The notes below the pieces were generated by a model that was not told the DNA's origin, did no database searches, and saw nothing but the letters and a program-made list of their open reading frames with translations. From Bdellovibrionota bacterium (GTDB taxonomy: Bacteria; Bdellovibrionota_C; UBA2361; OMII01): a stretch of DNA of 12,093 nt. Positions 6,459 to 12,093 of the stretch are shown here, one piece after another. Position numbers and translations under genes: made by a program. Where the stretch lies: positions 1-12,093 of the forward strand of contig JBIKWQ010000086.1 in the NCBI GenBank assembly GCA_044356215.1, read 5' to 3'. Position 1 is the stretch's first letter. Every line of letters starts with the position of its first letter.

Positions 6459-9400
6459 ATGAGGATGTGTTACTTACGCGATCAGAAAACTAGCGAGTAC
6501 TTGTGTGAGATTTTTTCTCGCATAAGAACAGGCGCACGGGCGCTTATGCTGGTGGTGTATCTTCTTGTCGCGACTTTGCTTGCTTGTGCTTCAGCTTTTG
6601 CCCAGACATGGGATGGCGGTGGCGCTGATAACAACTGGTCGACCGCGGCTAACTGGTCCGGCGATGCCGTGCCGACAGGAACCGCGGCTGTCACATTCAA
6701 CAACACATCAACTAAAAACGTTACGATTGACAACGTTGGAAGTTGGTCCGGCGGAAGCTTAACGATCGCCTCGACATACACCGGCACTGTTACGCAGAGC
6801 GTGTCGATGAGCCTCTCAAGCTTTAGCCAAGCGGCTGGCACTTACAGCGCCGCAGATTTAAATATCACAGGCTCATTTACTCGGACCGGGGGAACCTTCA
6901 TAGAAAATACGAGTACGACCACATTCAACGGGACATCGGGCTCGTCAACGATAACTGATGGAGGCACGAATTTTTACAACCTGGTGGTAAATGGGTCTGG
7001 AGGTACGTGGTCGTTTACCGACTCAGTTACCGTAACAAACAACCTTACAGTTACAGCAGGTACACTACGCACAGCCAGGGATGTCATTGGTGATGTTACA
7101 GTGACGGGCACATTGCTTGTTAATACGAGTGGAATATTCATCATAAGGAGATCCTCAACGGCAGGTGACGGAGCTGGACAGACGATCACTGCCGGTACAT
7201 TAACCATAGCAGGATCTATGCATGGAGATGCGGAAGGGTTCTCAACTACCTTGGTGGCCTCGTCGAGTCTTACTGCCGGAGGCTCTCACGGTGGATACGG
7301 GCTATGGAAACCAGCGGCAACGGCGCAAGCCACTTATGGCTCGTTCACGAATCCGACATCTCTAGGGAGAGGGGGACTCGATACAGGCCTTAACGCACTT
7401 GGAGGGGGCGCTATTGTAATCTCATCAACAGGAACAGTTACAGTAAACGGCACACTAAGCGTTAATGGAGCTGCAAGTGGTTTCATTGGTGGAGCTGGTG
7501 GAAGTATTAATATTTCAGCCGGAACACTAACCGGTACCGGTGCCATAAGAGCCAATGGTGCGGCAAATGCCAACAAAACAGCAGGTGGAGGAGGTCGCAT
7601 AAGCCTTAACGGCGTTACCACAGATAACTTCACCGGAACACTCCAAGCAAATGGCGGCGGATCAGCAGGCGACTGGGATGGATTTGCTGGGACAATCTAC
7701 TTAAATAGCGCGAAACGAACCTCTCTGACACTTGGAGGCGCAGGAAATTTGAGTTCGCTTACGTTAGGTTCAGATGGCACCAATAACTATACCTTCGGCA
7801 CGATAACGATACAGAGCGGAGGGACTCTAACAATCGGTGGTAATCCGGCTATGAACTCAGGAAACGGAGGAGCTGCAACCTTAAACGTCACAACACTCAC
7901 AGTTGATTCAGGTGGAACACTAAGCGCAAATGCTCAGGGATTCTGGGCGTATAAAACTGCTAGCGCCACAAACTACGGAGGTTCGTACGGCGGCGTGGGC
8001 CTGTGGACCTCAGGCGCATCCGCCGCCGCCACATATGGTTCATTCGATAATCCGATTAATATAGGCATGGGAGGTAATCACGGTACTACAAACGGCGGAG
8101 CGGGTGGGGGCGCGTTAATTATAAATGCGAGTGGCACAGTCACAGTGAATGGCACGGTAAGTGCGAATGGAGGAACTGGTATACTAGGAGGTGGGGCAGG
8201 AGGTAGCGTAAATATTGTAGCCTCAAATCTCACTGGATCAGGAACGATGAGTGCCAATGGTGGAAGTGCAAATATGACCCCAGGAGGAGGAGGTCGCATC
8301 GGTCTTAACGGAGTAACAACCGATTCGTTTAGCGGAACGATTCAGGTCAGTGGTGGGACCTGGTCAGGTCGCGCTCCGAGGGCTTACGCTGGAACTGTTT
8401 ATCTTAACAGCACCCGTAGAACTGCTCTAGCAATTGGCGGCTCTGGCAATCCTTCGTCCGTAACACTAGGTGCCGATGGAACCAATAATTACACCTTTGG
8501 GTCGATCACAGTTCAGAGCGGAGGTACTCTGACAATTGGTGGTAATCCAACACTCAACTCAAGTTTAGGCGGGACAGCGACGCTTAACGTGACGAATTTA
8601 ACGGTTGATTCCGGTGGAACTCTAACCGCCGATGATCAAGGGATGCCTGGTGTGTTGACAAGTAGCGAAAGCAAAGGAGGAGCGCACGGCGGAGTTGGTC
8701 AGTGGACGAGTGGTAGTAGCGCTAACGCGACTTATGGCTCGCTCACCAACCCTCTTAATTTAGGGCAGGGAGGAACCCACGAAACTTACGGAGGTAACGG
8801 TGGTGGCGCTATCCTGATCAACGCCTCAGGAACTGTGGCGGTTAACGGAACGATGAGCGCGAGCGCTCCTGGCTGTATACTGGGTTGCGGAGCGGGAGGG
8901 TCGATCAACATCACTGCCGCGACATTGTCTGGCTCGGGAACTATTAAAGCAAACGGCGGGGTCGCTTCAGGTAGCACCTCCTCCGGCGGTGGCGGCCGTA
9001 TATCACTTAGCAACGTAACTACCGACTCCTTTACCGGTTCAATCCAAGTAGAAGGAGGCGCGAGCGCCCCTGCTCCAGCGTATCCTGGAACTGTATATCT
9101 AAATAGCACACGTAGAAATTCACTAACCCTGGGAGGAGCGGGTAATATGGCCTCTCTGACGCTGGGTGCAGATGGTACAAACGACTACACCTTTGGGACT
9201 ATCACTGTTCAGAGTGGTGGAACCTTAACCTTAGGTACACATCCGACTAGTAACTCAAACAACGGCGGAGGTGTTGCCCTCAACGTCACTACATTAACAG
9301 TTAATTCAGGTGGAACCGTAACAGCCGGTCGCGGGATGTATTCTGGAACCGGAATAGGGAATGGAACCGTAAGTCCTTTCGGTGGAAGCCACGGTGGTCG

Positions 9401-12093
9401 TGCCTCGAGTAGCGCCATCACCTACGGCTCGATCCGAAATCCGCTCTTCGCCGGTAGTCCTTCACCCAATAACCATGGAGGCGGAGTGTTAAGACTTATC
9501 GTCTCCGGTGCGCTCACGATTAACGGAACGGTCTCCGCCTCTGGTGAGAACGGTGTTTATGGCGGAAGCTCGGGAGGTTCTGTAAATATAAGAGCGGCGA
9601 CACTCTCTGGGTCAGGAACTGTAAGAGCTGGCGGCGGCACCGCAACCAACGTGGGCAATGGAGGGGGCGGTGGTCGAGTAGCAGTAGTCCTAACTACAGG
9701 CACTACTTTTGGTTCTGCTAGCTTTGCAGCAAATGGGGGAACCGGAGTAGGTGGCAATGCCGCCGCCGGTACAGTCTACCTGGAGGACTCCTTAGACGGC
9801 GCCGGCAAAGGCGAACTCATAATAAGTAATAACAACACTATCTCAACCCTTGATACTGCTATTTCCTCATCAGTAACTGATACTTCAGTAGGCACAATTA
9901 CCATTAGCAACCGCGGCAGATTAGCCACAGATGCTGGAACCACACTAACCACAACCGGCACCGGCACAACGGTCACGAACAACACAAACTGCGTGATCAC
10001 CAACGGTGGCACACTCTCACTTTCTGGAACTACATTTACTAACTCTGGAACTTGGACTAACAGCTCTGGTTCCTCTGTGATCTTTACCGGTCAGAGCGAT
10101 GACTCAGCGGTTACTGTGCCAGCTATTACCTACGATGATTTAACAGTTGATAACACTGGAACCACCTTTACTCAGGCAGGAGCGACAACTGCTAACGACG
10201 CGTTCCTTGTCTCAAATGGAACCTACAGCGTTGCGGGAAGTAATTTAACGGTTAGTGGAGCTAAGACCGTTTCAAATGGGACTACATTTGAACTCCGCGG
10301 CTCTGAGACTATTCCAAGTTTAACTTTAAACTCAGGCAGCACCGTGCGTTACACCGGAGATGGTGATTCAAGCGCTGATTCATACACACTGAAGGCCTTA
10401 AACTATCACCACCTGACAGTAGCGCAGACCGATTCTAATGATACCTTAACCGGCTCAGGAACTGTAAGTGTCGGCGGAAACTTCACCCTTTCAGGTGGAG
10501 GGTTTACAGCTCCAAGTGATCTTCAGGTAGCTGGTAACTTCACAAGAAGTGGCGGAACATTTACTCACAGCAGCGGAACTGTAACCCTAAATGGAACAAA
10601 CCAGAGTATCACAGGGTCAACCACGTTCTCGAATTTAAGTAAGAGTGTATCAAGCGCTGACACGCTGACATTTGGCGCTGGAACAACACAGACAGTAGCG
10701 GGCGCGTTAACGTTAAGTGGCGCTTCAGGTCAGCTTTTATCGTTAAGATCGTCAAACAACGGAGATATCTGGTACGTAAATCCAACAAACGCTACAGCGA
10801 GCTATGTTGATGTTAAAGATAGTACCAATTTAAGAGAGACGGCGATCTTCCCGACAAATTCAGTGGATTCGGGAAATACGAACAACTGGTTCTATCAGAA
10901 CACTCCGACACCGACTAATACTCCGACTGTGACGCCGACGGATACGCCGACAAATACGCCGACGGTCACATCTACTGATACGCCGACTAATACCCCGAGT
11001 GCTACGCCCACAGATACTCCGACAGATACCCCAACAATCACTCCAACAACAACCCCAACCGACACCCCAACAGTAACCCCAACCTCCACCCCATCTGCCA
11101 CCCCAACCCGCGGCGGGTCACAGAGTGTCACACTTACTAAAGACCCTGTTGCAGCATTAACCGATGTAGATCTAAACGCCGGCACAATGGCCCTAAAATT
11201 CAGCATCTCCTGGAACTACTCATGGCGCAAAGCTACTGCGCCTAATAACTGGGACGCTATGTGGTTCTTTGTGAAGTTCCGTAAAAATCTTGGCGAGTGG
11301 CAGACGATGACATTTACTGATACGGGCCACACAATTCCTTCAGGAGCAGCAATCGATATCGGTTTGCGTGACCCAAATAGTAGTTACAACAGCACAACCA
11401 ACAGAGGCGTTGGAGTGTTTATCTACAAAGACTCTCCTGGCTTTGGCACAAATACATTTAACGATATTAAGCTTAAATGGCCGTACGCCCTGGACGGTGT
11501 GCAACAAGGCGACCGAATAGACTTGCAGTTTAACGCTATTCACATGGTCTATGTCCCTACAGAGAGCTTCTATGCAGGAGATGATAACACTTCAAGTAGC
11601 TCATTTAAGCAGTCTGGATCTAATAGTGCTGTGCAGATAACCGGCGAAGGAGAAACGACCGTGTATGTTGGAGCGACTGGATACACTGTGCCGGCAGCGT
11701 TCCCGAAAGGCTACAAGGGATTCTATGTAATGCGATATGAACTTGATCAGGAGCAGTACCGGAACTTCTTTAATACGTTACCAACAACGGGAAGTGCTAG
11801 AGCCAATAGAGATGTCACAGATAGCACGGGTAAGAACTCTGATAACTTAGTGAGCCGAAACAATATCAGTTGGGATTCAAGCAATCTCGCTAACGATATG
11901 AGTGTACCTGATAGAGACTCGCCAAATTCTAGAACCTACTGCTCAGTAGCGATGAGTTACTTAAGGTGGGATGACTTAACAGCTTATCTTGATTGGGCGG
12001 GATTAAGACCGATGAGTGAGTTGGAATATGAGAAAGCAGCGAGGGGTCCAACATCACCTGTTGCTGGAGAGTACGCATGGGGAAGCACCAATT
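6459..12093 (+). CDS. Giant exported adhesin-like protein (3' partial): beta-strand repeats, 4 Gly-rich repeats, PT linker, FGE/SUMF1-type domain
   Basis: I translated this frame from ATG 6459 (alternatives 6465, 6546) to the window end and found no stop (1878 codons). Signal peptide MLVVYLLVATLLACASAFA-Q; N-terminal TWDGGGADNNWSTAANWSGDAVP; YVDVKDS...SVDSGNTNNW cap; then FSISWNYSWR...NNWDAMWFFVKFR, MVYVPTESFYAGD, FYVMRYEL and YLDWAGLRPMSELEYEKAARG...YAWG. Confidence 0.93.
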   Translation, partial: MRMCYLRDQKTSEYLCEIFSRIRTGARALMLVVYLLVATLLACASAFAQTWDGGGADNNWSTAANWSGDAVPTGTAAVTFNNTSTKNVTIDNVGSWSGGSLTIASTYTGTVTQSVSMSLSSFSQAAGTYSAADLNITGSFTRTGGTFIENTSTTTFNGTSGSSTITDGGTNFYNLVVNGSGGTWSFTDSVTVTNNLTVTAGTLRTARDVIGDVTVTGTLLVNTSGIFIIRRSSTAGDGAGQTITAGTLTIAGSMHGDAEGFSTTLVASSSLTAGGSHGGYGLWKPAATAQATYGSFTNPTSLGRGGLDTGLNALGGGAIVISSTGTVTVNGTLSVNGAASGFIGGAGGSINISAGTLTGTGAIRANGAANANKTAGGGGRISLNGVTTDNFTGTLQANGGGSAGDWDGFAGTIYLNSAKRTSLTLGGAGNLSSLTLGSDGTNNYTFGTITIQSGGTLTIGGNPAMNSGNGGAATLNVTTLTVDSGGTLSANAQGFWAYKTASATNYGGSYGGVGLWTSGASAAATYGSFDNPINIGMGGNHGTTNGGAGGGALIINASGTVTVNGTVSANGGTGILGGGAGGSVNIVASNLTGSGTMSANGGSANMTPGGGGRIGLNGVTTDSFSGTIQVSGGTWSGRAPRAYAGTVYLNSTRRTALAIGGSGNPSSVTLGADGTNNYTFGSITVQSGGTLTIGGNPTLNSSLGGTATLNVTNLTVDSGGTLTADDQGMPGVLTSSESKGGAHGGVGQWTSGSSANATYGSLTNPLNLGQGGTHETYGGNGGGAILINASGTVAVNGTMSASAPGCILGCGAGGSINITAATLSGSGTIKANGGVASGSTSSGGGGRISLSNVTTDSFTGSIQVEGGASAPAPAYPGTVYLNSTRRNSLTLGGAGNMASLTLGADGTNDYTFGTITVQSGGTLTLGTHPTSNSNNGGGVALNVTTLTVNSGGTVTAGRGMYSGTGIGNGTVSPFGGSHGGRASSSAITYGSIRNPLFAGSPSPNNHGGGVLRLIVSGALTINGTVSASGENGVYGGSSGGSVNIRAATLSGSGTVRAGGGTATNVGNGGGGGRVAVVLTTGTTFGSASFAANGGTGVGGNAAAGTVYLEDSLDGAGKGELIISNNNTISTLDTAISSSVTDTSVGTITISNRGRLATDAGTTLTTTGTGTTVTNNTNCVITNGGTLSLSGTTFTNSGTWTNSSGSSVIFTGQSDDSAVTVPAITYDDLTVDNTGTTFTQAGATTANDAFLVSNGTYSVAGSNLTVSGAKTVSNGTTFELRGSETIPSLTLNSGSTVRYTGDGDSSADSYTLKALNYHHLTVAQTDSNDTLTGSGTVSVGGNFTLSGGGFTAPSDLQVAGNFTRSGGTFTHSSGTVTLNGTNQSITGSTTFSNLSKSVSSADTLTFGAGTTQTVAGALTLSGASGQLLSLRSSNNGDIWYVNPTNATASYVDVKDSTNLRETAIFPTNSVDSGNTNNWFYQNTPTPTNTPTVTPTDTPTNTPTVTSTDTPTNTPSATPTDTPTDTPTITPTTTPTDTPTVTPTSTPSATPTRGGSQSVTLTKDPVAALTDVDLNAGTMALKFSISWNYSWRKATAPNNWDAMWFFVKFRKNLGEWQTMTFTDTGHTIPSGAAIDIGLRDPNSSYNSTTNRGVGVFIYKDSPGFGTNTFNDIKLKWPYALDGVQQGDRIDLQFNAIHMVYVPTESFYAGDDNTSSSSFKQSGSNSAVQITGEGETTVYVGATGYTVPAAFPKGYKGFYVMRYELDQEQYRNFFNTLPTTGSARANRDVTDSTGKNSDNLVSRNNISWDSSNLANDMSVPDRDSPNSRTYCSVAMSYLRWDDLTAYLDWAGLRPMSELEYEKAARGPTSPVAGEYAWGSTN
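7100..9785 (+). repeat. Four intragenic ~233-aa glycine-rich repeats
   Basis: YGSxxNP codons at 7335, 8034, 8733 and 9423 (spacing 699, 699, 690 nt). Each unit has GG(S/A)(H/Y)GG, GGGxxxI, GGSxNI, GGGGR(I/V) and GT(I/V)YL. Confidence 0.9.
10902..11108 (+). repeat. Pro/Thr-rich linker (TPTx)n, about 69 aa
   Basis: TPTPTNTPTVTPTDTPTNTPTVTSTDTPTN...TPSATPT in the giant ORF frame. Confidence 0.92.

Noticed and set aside
6482..11543. Short ORF-track calls inside the giant gene (6482-6841 through 11340-11543)
   Set aside because: Antisense or off-frame shadows of the uninterrupted Gly/Thr-rich + strand ORF.

Overview
Bacterial accessory region rich in secreted proteins; I cannot assign the taxon from sequence alone. 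It holds a subtilisin-like S8 protease with a nidogen/NIDO-like module (250-2670, +) and a convergent reprolysin-type M12B zinc metalloprotease (3940-5427, -). It also holds a giant exported protein (6459 to beyond the window end, +, at least 1878 codons) that the ORF track misses because it has no stop in the window. That protein has four ~233-aa Gly-rich repeats, a Pro/Thr linker and an FGE/SUMF1-type domain. Between the proteases is ~1 kb of ORF-poor DNA ending in a compact unannotated unit: a sigma28-like promoter, a ~165-nt multi-stem RNA, a 25-aa histone-H1-like Lys-rich peptide and a strong terminator. At 5505-6150 are three tandem composite repeats, each a period-7 CG ladder plus a REP-like doublet. 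A separate 29-bp inverted repeat built from 9-mers sits at 20-105. The best candidates for new biology are the RNA+peptide cassette and the heptamer/REP array.
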